This document shows positions 1 to 12,213 of a stretch of DNA of 64,000 nucleotides, one piece after another. The notes beneath the pieces are model-generated. The model searched no databases, was not told the origin of the DNA, and worked only from the letters and a program-made list of their open reading frames with translations. Position numbers and translations under genes: made by a program. Each line of letters starts with the position of its first letter. Within the stretch, counting starts at the first letter, position 1. The stretch comes from Nemertoderma westbladi (Eukaryota > Animalia > Xenacoelomorpha): NCBI GenBank assembly GCA_032718475.1, contig JAUCBJ010008499.1:1-64000 (forward strand), given 5' to 3'.

Positions 1-3000
1 ATTAAGTATATATGGTGAATCTGGAATAAGGCTTATGTATATAGGCAATCTGAGGGTTATCAGGACAAACACGTAATTTGCGATATTATATTATATACAT
101 ATACTTAATTGTCCGTACTTGTGTGTTGGATTTTTATTTGGTTTACTTGATTGTAAGACGGTATTAATTATTTATGTTATGTTGTCCTTATGGCGTGTCT
201 TATGCTGCACATGTTGGATATGACAAACATAAGAAATGACATGCTCTATACTTATAGTGTTATAGTGAGTGGAACGGCATGTCATTACGAAAACCGAGCT
301 CTCCCTGCAATGCCATCGCTTAAAGCTAGCCGCATACTGCCATAGCCAAAACATCACCGAAATTGAAAGATGCTTTTTGCTGACTGCCTGATAGGAAACA
401 TAAGTTTGCAGGCATTGTCGTACCATGGTACAGGTACGTTATGTATGTTATGGAATATATTTATGGATCTGTGTAATGCGTAGTTACACATACATAAACA
501 AAAAGTTCCAGAACATTGTGTAAATAATACAATAAATGGCTTTCAGCGAACGCTAATTCTTGCAAACTTTGAACGCCTATATCTCAGCTGTTTCTCAACG
601 AAACGCAGACATTGTTACATATTTGGAATCCTTGTAATGCAAGCTTTCCAATTATATATACAAACCGATGCTAATGTAAAGAATGACCGCGATACGAAGG
701 ATGCAAAATACACTTTTTTAAAACGCTTATAGAAAAAATTTAAAGACAAAACCGAAAATTCAACTTGTGTTTCAAATTTCAAGCAATATGATAAAGATTT
801 ATAGAAAAATTTGGGGGATGGAAAATCTGTGGAATATAGAAAAGTCTGTGCTATAAGAAAATGGCACTATATTACGGGTCAACTTAATTCTTAACTTAAC
901 ATTTTAACCAGTTAAGACTTGTTTGTTTACTATATATACCGTATCGCCTATAAGGAAGAATTCATAAAGAATTAGAATCGCATACCGTTTACAATTTTCT
1001 ATTTCCAGAAATTATCTAACAAATGGAAATTTCAATTAAAATTTGGATTCGAAAATAATACCAGGACCAGCATCGTAAACTACGAAAACAATACCAGTAT
1101 CCTAAACTAGGCCTAAGTAACTTGAATTTCGTCCTATTTTGGCCTTATTTGGTCCTAGTTTGGAAACTTTTTAGGAAATTCGTTTAGTTTTACATGTGAC
1201 GACTCTAATAAGATTGTTTGAAATATCATTACAAATAATATGTACTGGCAAGAAAAACAAATTTTCGGTTACATTTCAAATTTAGAACATTATACACAAT
1301 CTCGTGGAATATAGCCTTGAATCTCAGCGACACCACCCCAAACCCCACCCAGAAAATTTTCCACACAAAATCTATCGAACATTCATAAAAATGAATGTAA
1401 TTGGATACAGAGATCAAGAGATTGTTTGAGCTACGAACTTTTTACCATTACCTATCTCATCTCATCACCATTACTCAATCCCTATCCCTAAGTTATGAAA
1501 AATTAATAATTACGACCGGTAATTACAACTTCGCTTCTGACTCCGTCATCTAATAATATTTATTTAATGTAATATACTTACCAGTAACTGCACTGTGACT
1601 GTGAGTGCGACAAACGGTCCATATATACGATGTTCTGAATCGCACTTATTGTAAATATATTTTTGGCTATATACAGTTATGAAGATGAGCCAAATTTACA
1701 TTGACTAAGGAAATGGCTAAAATCTACATACAGTCAAGTGCCAGACTGCCACACAGATTTAGATTTAGCAACTATTTACCAATTTTAGCAACTTTTGCAA
1801 TTATCGGTACATGGCGGCATGGTAGCGGAGCGGTAGGCACAGTGCTAGGTTTTTGTTTGTGCACTGAACGCTACGCAGCTATGTCAAGCATTGGAAAACT
1901 GCGCTTACAAATTATATTGGTATATTATATTATATATAATATATCTTTATGTGCACATTAATACACATATAGCTTAAATTGTAGTAAACAAATGATCATG
2001 GTGGTAAACAAACGTTTAGATTTGTAAACAAAAGTTTACAAATGTGTAACAAAAGTTTACAAAAGTGTACAAATGTTTAAAGTGATAAGCAAATCTTAAA
2101 TCACAATAACTGCAAATTAATTAATTTGATGAGAAAGTAAAGTTACAATGCCATCACAAATTTTTGTTATTTGAATTTCACATAATCATTGTCCCTTGTG
2201 GAAACATTTTAAGGAAATTCATTTAATTTACACGCGATTAAAGAAAATTTAAGAAGGGGATGGATGAAATGATCCGTAATCTGATTGTTGATTACAATAC
2301 AATACCGGTAGGCCTACATGTGTAAATATTGTCCCATAAAAACTACATAATATTGAATTCAGCGTCTTCCAATATATAAGTCACAACATAAACTAAGTGC
2401 ACGAAATTGTGATAAGAAAATTCAGTGAAAACTTAAAAAATATAAAAAACGACTACACTACACTACCGGTAGATATTAAATACCGAGAGTGGAAAAAAAA
2501 TAACCAACATTTATAGCTGTAATTATGGCAGTGCATTTTGCAAAGTCTGCGTTGCCTGTTTGGGCATGTGTTCCCAACTACAAGACATAAAATATTTTTC
2601 ACATGCCGCGCGAAGCGCAAATTGGCCTACACAAACTCCACTCCAACATTTCGTTAAATTTTCACCGCACAGCCTCATTAAAAACGGTTAAATTGTCCTG
2701 TCCTGTCCATCCAAAATGGAATCCATACACATGATTAATCCGGCGTGCTTTACAATAAAAACGCACCAATTTGGCGCACAGCAAGCTCCAAAATCGCAAA
2801 GAGCGCCAGCTTTGGCGCGCCCAAAAATAAAGACCAGCACTGATTTGTTGGTTTAACAATTACGGTGAACTGCCTTAAAAATTCCACTACCTGTCTCGCT
2901 GTCTGCCAGAAGCCTGGTCAGCTGGTAGATCATGACCATAGACGGGCTTAGGCCTAGTTAGTTAATGCATTAACAATTTCGAATCCCTTCTTCTCGCCTT

Positions 3001-3670
3001 TCTTTATTATGTTATTGAGTCAGTCTGTTGTATGGTTACTGGCAGACTGCAGTGCAGGACTGGTGGTGGGTTACTGCAGGTGGATTTGGCGCGGTGGACC
3101 TCCAGTGGACACTCCTTCAAAATTGAAAGTGCATGGCATCATTGGCGCGCTTGAAAATTGTTTCAACGTTTGGAATGCTCACAAATTTTGTCAGCGCACA
3201 GTTTGCTTCGAAAATACATTCAGCGCATCGAGCATAAAATTGGTAGGCGCGCTATCCAGTGCACTTTATGGATGGATTCCATACAGCAGTCTGGGAAATT
3301 AGCCCAAAAGGGAAATTTTAAACTTCCCTATAGGGAAACTTTTATTACCCTATAGGGAAATTTTTGCATAGACGAATTCACTGAGGACATAGCGCATTAA
3401 ATTAGATATAGGTGATTCACCTCTACCCTCGGGCCACATTTGTCATTGGCAGATATTCAGGAGGCTATTGAAAACCAGAACCGCATGATTCAGGTCGATA
3501 ATCGTCTTAACATTGTCGGCAGTTTGAATAATAACTTTCCTACAAAACAGGCTGTTCTAGAATGCATGTAGCATGCCCTCTCCACAGAAATTCAGTTTTC
3601 ATCACAGCCAATGACATTTGCCCCGACCTAAGAAGGAACTGCAATTTGCCCCGACCTAAAGACAGAAATA

Positions 3671-3905
3671 ATGTGGCGAAGGTTGACGAGAGACCAACTA
3701 GATGCCTTTCACATTATTGGCAAAGCTCTTCTAAAATTCCTTCTGATACCCACCAGCTACGAATGCACCTGGCTGCGAAGGGGGGGGGGGGGGGGGGAAG
3801 GGAAAAGCCGCGTGATAAACGCAGTGAAAAAATTAACAGACATGTGGATGTGGAAACCCGAATCTGTAAAGATTATGGCTCCAACTGGAATCAGTTCTGT
3901 TTCCA
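3671..3905 (+). pseudogene. PIF1-like (SF1B) helicase fragment, Helitron/Helentron RepHel-type, frameshifted
   Basis: Two overlapping frames give DQLDAFHII...HQLRMHL..GGGGGEGKSRVINAV...KIMAPTG, i.e. PIF1 motif I (Walker A GxGKS) and motif Ia (APTG); a poly-G run sits inside the Walker A codons. Confidence 0.6.
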
Positions 3906-4438
3906 TTCTGCAATTGGAAAAAGTCTGACTGGTAGGCCTATTGTAGGACAAGGGCGTCTTTTACTAATTGCAACGCCTTCTTCTTGAGTGCAGATGGTCG
4001 CTGGGCTGGGACCGAGACGCAATGGCTTGTTGACGAAAACTGCTGTTGACATGTTGGACTGGTTGAAGTACCAATTTAACTCTGAGTCGGAACTTTCAAG
4101 TCTATTGGTTCTGAAATTCAGTTCGAAATATCTCTTGCTCTTGCCATTTCACTAAGAGTAGAGCCATTGAGATCTATTGATCCATTTCATACCAATATAA
4201 ACTGATAAAGCTCTGCCGGCACCAGTACAGTAGTAATAATCAGATAAATACAGTAATAAATAACTGAATCCATCAACAGTACATCCACGTGACGGATGGT
4301 AATATCGACTTGCCAGTGTCGCAGTGTGGCGAACTGGCGAAATCACAAGACCAAATTTAAATCTAAATTTTAAATTAAAAATCCAATTTTGAATTGGCCC
4401 TACAGCGAAAATAGAAAGGAATCTAGGAATAAAACCGT

Positions 4439-5067
4439 CAGGGATCGTACGGTACTACCGATACCGCTACCGCAAATACCGCGCTTTCTACTACCGCTAC
4501 CGCAAATGCCAACTACTGCGGTATTTGCGGTAGTTGGTTTTTAGTTTTTTTCTATTTACCGTAGGCAATTTCCAATTGGGGCGCTGTTTCTGCCTGCCCA
4601 TTGAATTTATGTTAATTTGATAATTGAAAAATAAGTATATACCGGTACCTAAGAAATAAAACTTTTACCGGTACTGTAAACTGTGTTCCTAAAATAAGTT
4701 GAAGTTCATATCAATCATTCATATGATCATATGTCATAACAGGCTGAAACAGCAGCAATAGTAATAGATTCGCATTGTGTAGCGTATTTTCTGTCAACAA
4801 AAACAAAAAGAAATTAAAATTTATTAATTCAAGAAAACAATTTACCAAAAATAAACGCCACAATTTAAAAAAAAAGTCGTCAAAAAGTGAGTATCTAACT
4901 ATCTAACTTCATTCATCCATCTAAATGTTTTGCTGCCGCAACTACCGCTACCGCGGTAAATACCCCTACCAGCCTACCGCAAGGCCATACCGGTACCGTT
5001 ACCGGTACCGGTACCGTTACCGGTACCGTTACCGCAAAAATTTACTATTACTACCATACGATCCCTG
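4439..5067. mobile_element. hAT-type MITE (629 bp)
   Basis: TIR cagggatcgtacggta / taccatacgatccctg (1 mismatch in 16); 8-bp TSD aaaaccgt at 4431-4438 and 5068-5075; subterminal taccgc repeats. Confidence 0.9.
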
Positions 5068-5327
5068 AAAACCGTACCATGAATTTTAAAACTAACTTGA
5101 AAAACTAAATACTAACTTAAAACTAACTTGAAAAAATATCAATATTTACTTTCCAGAATAAATTATAGGCATGTCATGTCCAAATGAAATTTAGCATGTC
5201 CTGACGATAATAAGAAATTAACTGATTAAATCCAAATTTAAATTCATATATCCAAATTTGAATCATTTTTTTTAATTTAGAATCTATTAAAATTAATGTC
5301 ATGTACCCGACCTGTACACGTACAGTA

Positions 5328-6242
5328 CGGTCCTACTAATTACCCAACTTTACCCAAATCTACCCAACTTTACCCAAACTTACCCAACTTTACCCCAACT
5401 TTTTACCCAACTTTACCCAACTTTACCCCACTTTACCCAATACCACCCAACTTTACCCAACTTTACCCAATCGAATACCCAACTACCTATCTGCCGACCA
5501 GTGATGCAATACAGTACAGCAGAAGGCTTACTTACTTACTACAGTACCGGACCAGTAGGCCTACTGTCTGACAGTAGCATTCCAGCAGTCTGTCAGACTG
5601 TACAGCTGTAATACAGTAGGTCATAGTAGGAATGGTTTGTATCAGTGTAGGCCTATGCAGCTATGGCTTCATGTTTATAGCTGTATACAGTATAGTCAGA
5701 TAGTCATACTCCAGTCAGCCAGTACTTATAATCATAACATAACACATCCAGACATCAATAAAATGATCAATATGGCTGTATGAGGGTGCATTTCGGGGTA
5801 GTGATGTTCTATAGAATAGACTTTAGTTTATTGTTTTGGTTAGAATAACGTGCCACTATAACCTGTTCCTTTCCCTAAATTGAGAATTTAACATTCAGGT
5901 TGAGATATGCATCAAGTTTCCCTCTGCAGCCTTGCCTCCACTCCAATCAGCCATTGGCAGATTGGATATGGTAGATAGGCCTAACTACTGAACTAATTGA
6001 TTAGGCCTGATGATGGATTGATGGATTGAAATGATTGGGTAAAGTTGGGTGGTATTGGGTAAAGTTGGGTAAAGTGGATTGGGTAATTGATTGGGTGAAG
6101 TTGGGTAAAGTTGGGTGGTATTGGGTAAAGTGTGGTAAAGTGGGGTAAAGTTGGGTAAAAAGTTGGGTAAAATTGGGTAAAGTTGGGTGAAGTTGGGTAA
6201 AGTTGGGTGGAGTTGGGTAAAGTTGGGTATTTAGTAGGACCC
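5328..6242. mobile_element. Foldback/Mutator-like MITE with tandem 10-bp subterminal repeats
   Basis: Inverted ends ggtcctactaa-tacccaacttt... / ...aaagttgggta-ttagtaggacc; (acccaacttt)n at left, (aaagttgggt)n at right; 9-bp TSD cgtacagta at 5319-5327 and 6243-6251. Confidence 0.85.
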
Positions 6243-6689
6243 CGTACAGTATGGTACTAATTTTGAATTCAGCAATCCAGTAAGTGAGTATGAGTACCGT
6301 AAGAAAATGGAAATGTTTGAACGCTAATAAGTCTGTCACTAATGATAAACATGTTGTCTCCGGTTCTGTAACTAGGGTGAAAGGGGGCCTGCAGCAGCGT
6401 AACATTTGCCTAGTTTTCCTTTCGAATTATTAATGCATATTTTCCTCTGTTTTAACTATACACTCACTATTATACAGCTATACATATATTGATTAAATAG
6501 CATTGAGTAAACTTTATAGCTTTATATGAGTACCGGTAGCGGCCCAAACCCTAAATAAAGCAGTAGGCCTAATTTAACCCTAACCATAAGTCATGAGGCT
6601 CTAATCTAATAAATTTTGTGGAATTTAGAACATTACCGGTACTATCAATCAGACTATTGGCCATTTATCAATTTTCACCCTGTGCAAAT

Positions 6690-7181
6690 CAATCCCCGGT
6701 TAAATTTCCCTAGTGTATTCTCACTCGCGGTGTATTTTTAATTGTATCTTCTACAGTAGTACCGGTACTTTACTATATAGAAATCTCCAGTTTTTCTCAC
6801 CAGCGTGTGTTTCTCTGTGTACAAGAGGTAACTGTGGTCTTAACTGTTGGCTTATATCGAATTTAAATAATATTGTAATTGAAAATAATACGGGGGGGGG
6901 GGGGGGGGGGGGTAAAAATACACTGAGGGGCAGTGTATTCTTACCCCCCCCCCCCCCCCCCCCCCCCCTTGTTAGATTTCACTAAAATATCACCCAGACA
7001 GCCAGATAGTAGGTTCACCCCCGGTTAAAATACAGAAATACCCTAGTCACATAGTGAATTCTAACCGAGTGGGGGGGGGGGGGGGGGGGGCAGGGGGGGG
7101 GGGGGGTGTGTGAAAATACACTGGTGAATTTTAACCAGGGAGGGTGCATTATTAGGGGGGTGGAAATTCTCTGCTACACCG
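6690..7181. repeat. Degenerate inverted-repeat (MITE-like) remnant with long poly-G/poly-C tracts
   Basis: ccggttaaatttccctagtgtattctcac (~6696) is an imperfect reverse complement of gtgaaaatacactggtgaattttaaccagg (~7110); no clear TSD. Confidence 0.4.
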
Positions 7182-7229
7182 GGTGGAATTGGAATTTGAA
7201 TTTTTTATTAGACATCAAATACAGAAATA

Positions 7230-8096
7230 CTCAAATCACCAGATGGGGTGACTTGAGACACCATACATTCCCATATATATATGTTTTTGCTTTAAATTTT
7301 GAAATATAGTCTTCTGCCCGGATATCGTTTGAAAAAATGTATTTTTATCAAAAAACTAATTGTCAGACCACCTTGAGGACCATTTAAAATTTTAATTTAT
7401 TAGAATTTTAAAATGAGTCACACACGCTCTAGAACTTCTAGTTTACTCTTCAAATTTTGACATGACGCTCATTTTTTGTCAAAGATGTCAGGTAAAAAAG
7501 CTCATGAACATAGCTATAATCAGAGCTCTCCACCAGAGCCTCCAATATTGCATTTTTTGCCATTTTTCAGATTCTTCACCCAGATATTCAGTCATACAGA
7601 CTATCTGATTATCAGTTTACTTACCTGCTTACTAAAGTTATATGATTCGAATCATTATGAGTCACTCTAACCGGGAAAACTAAAATAACAGATAAACTAG
7701 TTGTCAGACTAATGTACTGAGGTCTCAAATGTGGACATTTTTCAAAAATTCGCATTTTTGAGGCAACTTTGAAATCGTCTGACAACTTTCTGATTAATAG
7801 TTTATTCATTTAGTAATAAAAATATTGAAGTTCAGGCATCGTTTATTTAGAATCACATACAATTAACATTAAACTGATAATCAGATCAACTGCAGACACC
7901 ACTTCAAATAATGTGCTTCACTGGTTTTTGGAATTTCGCCAAATTTAAAACATCAATATTTCGAGAACGGCTAAACCAAATCGGCTGAAATTTTCACCAC
8001 ATCGTTTTTTCACCAGAATTGATAAGTGGTTAAAATTTCGTCAAAAATTTCCGACCCTTGCCACACCGATTGGTCGAATTAGCATGGAATGACCCT
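7230..8096. mobile_element. Probable non-autonomous DNA transposon remnant (only the right end ...catggaatgaccc is recognisable)
   Basis: Terminal-looking gcatggaatgaccc followed by ta; internal repeated tgtcagac motifs; matching left TIR not found. Confidence 0.3.
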
Positions 8097-8672
8097 ATAG
8101 CTCCATATAGTAGTGCTACTCATGTATCATTTTAAACTAAACATGTTAAGGGGTGAGATGAATGAGAGACACTGAGTAGAGTACCGGTATATTTTTAAAA
8201 AATTTGCCATAAAACAAACCCATATATTCAATACATGGAGTTTGTTTTACAGCAATTTTCATTATTTTTATAACAAAATTAATGATGATAAACCTACGAT
8301 TGATTATAGTTAAGTAGAAAGTAGACCAATCAGCCAATAGGGGTATTAGAAACGATTATTAACAATTCAGCAATTAGGCATTATTACTGAATTATATACT
8401 GCTACTGCATTACTACAATTATTATTACAAATATGAATATTAATAAAGAGTTTTAGTGAAGTTTAAGAAAGTAAGTCACTTAAGTCTGTAAGTGTGGTAA
8501 AATAATGGCACCCGGATTTTTATATACAGTAGTTAAGTACAGAAGTAGACCAATATTATAAAATTACACTGCATATTAATAGTTAAGTCAGTAAGTAGAC
8601 AAACATTCAGACATTAGAAATCGTATTATTAACAATCTGAATATTCTGCCTTATTTATTACCTTACTGTATT

Positions 8673-9231
8673 CAGTCGGGGAGAAGTTCTATTTTCAAGA
8701 TGAAATTTCAACTTTATTTTTTAAAATTCAACTTTTTATTAAAATTCAACTTTTGGAGTAGAGTTTAAAATTCATCATTTTTTTTTTAATTCAACTTTTG
8801 GAGAAGCTTTGGAAATAGGCCTACTGACAGACTGAAATATGGAATTGGAATCCATTACTGGTATTCCATTGTATAATAATTATGACATTCAGCGGTAATT
8901 CAGTAATTTAATACATCTAATAAATTCCCATAGTATTTCAGCTAATTTGCAAATGTAATTTCACTTAAAATGTTTTTAAAAAAAGTATTCCCGACGGTCA
9001 CGGTGAAAGTTTTTATTCCATCAGTAATGAGGGTTAATTTTTCGAGTTACCAGTTCTGCAGTTACATTGATAAAAACAATCAAAACACCCATTCTGTCAG
9101 TCTGTGACGTCTTGGGGGCCTTCTGCGCCTCCTGCCATTTCAGAGTTGAATTTACAATTACAACTTAAAAGTTGAATTTAAAAAAAGTTTTAAATTTCAA
9201 CTCAGTTGAAATCTAAACTTCTCCCCGACTG
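8673..9231. mobile_element. MITE with 16-bp TIR and 5-bp TSD
   Basis: Perfect TIR cagtcggggagaagtt / aacttctccccgactg; TSD gtatt at 8668-8672 and 9232-9236; subterminal aaattcaact repeats in inverted orientation. Confidence 0.85.
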
Positions 9232-10388
9232 GTATTACAGTATTATGTGCTGCATTATATATCATAATTATTGTTCTGAAATACCAGTATATAATACCTA
9301 AAATACCAGTAATAAGTCAGACCGGTACTACTGTAAAAACAACGGTTTTTGTGGGTCCATCGTCCATCTAACATTGTTTCGTAATCCTTTATTTATTCTT
9401 TTAATCCACCAAAAATATTTTAATTTACTTTTTTCGCAGAAAAAAAAATAAAAATCAATACAATCCAATTGTTTTATAGGCCTAGGCAAGGCGTAAATAC
9501 CAAATATAAGATAAAATTTGCTGTGTGGTATTGTTGATTGTATGTAATAAATCTATGGTGCATTTATTAGTTTACTGAAGTTGAAGTTATTAAACAGTTA
9601 ATTATTAGGCAGTTAGCGAGTCTGCGTCTGCGAGTTAGGCCCTATACAATCTGACAATAAAATTACTTAATAAAATTACCCACGCGGTACACGATTCTGA
9701 AATTCAGACATTGCATGTGCATGTCAGCAGGTTCTGTACAGTCAGACAGTACAGCACTATAGTACTGCAGTACACAGTAGGATAGAAATTAACTTAGATC
9801 CTGCAATGCTGCAAAGCCTGAATTTGGTGATCTTAAAACTTAGATCCTACTCACTGACACAAGGACTAGCCTACTTGATTAATACCAAAATGATATCAAA
9901 ATGATATATCATTAAACGTCGTAAATGACAATAAAAAATTAGGCCCCTATCTGCCTATGGGGCACCACAATATTCTGTGCACTCTCCAGGTATTAAGTAC
10001 TATTCCGCTAGGTCTAAAGTAGGGAAGGTTGAGTCATCTGCGTAGATCCTAACTAGGGAAATTACAGTCAAAGTCAGATAATTAGGCGAACTTGGTAATC
10101 ACCATGTTAGACGCGATGCAAACTTAGATCTTACGCTAGAAGCAAAGCGATTACATCGTACAATAACCAGATGATTATTTATTTATTATTATTTATTGTT
10201 GGATATATTATATGAACTTTTATTCTTTCATAAAAATCACTCCAAAGTAACCGTCGATACAAATTCAAGCCTAATAGATGGACGTTTTTCCTTTAAACCG
10301 ACCTACCAATTAATTATTTTTACTGTATAAAGTATTGCCTAGAATATTATTTTAGAAAGTTTGGGAACATTCTCTTGGAATTGGCTAC

Positions 10389-10690
10389 TGACCGGGCCCA
10401 TTGACCGGACCCATTGCCGGACTCTCTAAATACCACATTGAAGCTTTATATTAGATTTATATTTTACTTGTGTATTATTGACCGGAACCTTATTACCTTA
10501 TTACTTTGTGACCGGACCCATAATCTTGTGACATGTGTTAACTTTCGTTTTATTGTTTTGGTTCCCCCAACGCGCCTCTGTAACCTTCTCCTTTACCAAC
10601 CTGCTCCTTTAAATAGCAATGGGTCCGGTCAACGGGTCCAGTCAAAATAGCAATGAGTCCGGTCAACGTGTCCGGTCAATTGAGCCGGTT
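10389..10690. repeat. Small inverted-repeat element carrying a dispersed-repeat core
   Basis: tgaccggacccat repeats at left and their complements (atgggtccggtca) at right; core ...gcctctgtaaccttctcctttaccaacctgctcctttaaatagcaatg recurs at ~18040 and, inverted, at ~18210. Confidence 0.55.
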
Positions 10691-12213
10691 AATTGGTGCG
10701 GTCTGTGCCTTTCCCCCTTTTCTTCCAGTCGTTGGCACTATGACGAAATACTAGGTTTTGGCAGTAGACGCTTCGATACACTGATGTACTTTTTTGACCC
10801 TGCGTTACAAATGGGTGATCCGTACAGTGGTACTCACGCAGTATTTACAAGCCTCTCTAATCTAAGAACTTTAGCAGAGTTTCGGCCATCTAGGTCATAT
10901 ATAGATGACCCCGATTTCAACATGTTCCGGTTTTCAATTTGAATGTAATCAGCTATGTACAGTATGTACCTTGTAATGGTCATGTTCATTATCATTGTAA
11001 TTGATGGAAGGTGCCTTAATATCTCGCTTACTACTGTACATTGGTAACTGAAAAATGCCGTATACAAGAGTAGTTCTTTAAAGTCGAGGCCGTCAATAGA
11101 TTGGAGCTTCAAATATTTAGAAATACCGGTACCGTATCTTTTTTGCTCTGATTGATACTCTTTTTGTTTCTCTTTCTTTCTTTCTTCTTACCGTAGCTTT
11201 TTTCTGAATTGATTCTCTCTTTGATCTTGTTCTAACTCGTTTCTAATTTGACTGGTACGGTATACACAAACACAATATAGTATGTCGTCTCCTATTTATT
11301 TAATAGGTATACACAAACACAATATAGTATGTCGTCTCCTATTTCCGCAAAATCTTATACTGTATATTTAAAGTATAAACAATTGTATTTACAATAGTTG
11401 GCTATAGTTATTCTACAGTTATATAATCATAAATTTCCATTCGCATATTTGCATTTACCTCTAACGGTTGGGGGGTGTACAGTACATAAAAACAGCAGTA
11501 AGCGTGTAATACTGTAATGTACGAGGTTGTGTGTAACTAATGGCACTGGGGGAGGGGGGGGGGGGTTGTACATAAACCCTAAAACTTTACTGCAGTAACA
11601 TTTTCGGTTACTGTAGTACGAGTTTAGGTTTCTGCAGTAAAGTGTTTAGGTTTCTGCAGTAACGTTTAGGTTGCTACATACATTAAAGATTTACGATCCT
11701 GCAGTAATGTTTGACCCTACAGTACTGCAGTAAGTTAAAACCGCACTGCAGTAAAGTTTGTCATACAGTATAATGGCCATAGCAACAACCAATCATAATA
11801 ATCTAAAGTTACAAATGACTGGAGAAATAATTCAGACATCCCTCATATGGCAGCATACATATGATTGACTGCTTAGTAGGCAAATAAACAAAAATGGCGT
11901 ATAATGATTATGCCGGAGATATCTTATTGACGAGATGTAAATTAATCTACATGATGACAATCTATTATATTCCCCACCTTTTGAAAACATAATATCATAT
12001 CTACGGAAGCCCATATCGGCCATGTCACGCGCAAACTTCCATGTCAAGCTCGCAAACTTTTTGCCATTTCAGTGTAGAAACATTTGCGCGCTCGACATGG
12101 AAGTTTGTGCGCGCGACATGGGGAAGCTCATAACGGCCATGTCGCAAGCAAACTTCATGTCCTTCCCATTTTGAATTTTGTCTGGGCGGGAAATTTGAAT
12201 TTACATGACATTT

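Noticed and set aside
2700-3290. Degenerate inverted repeat (tggaatccat / atggattcca) as a MITE
   Set aside because: Short match; no TSD or defined ends
5296-6405. PNFT-rich ORFs at 5296-5571 and 6001-6405
   Set aside because: They are translations of the MITE's 10-bp subterminal repeats
10700-11120. Possible second LINE fragment on the minus strand (LYGSPI)
   Set aside because: Only one weak motif; cannot be supported
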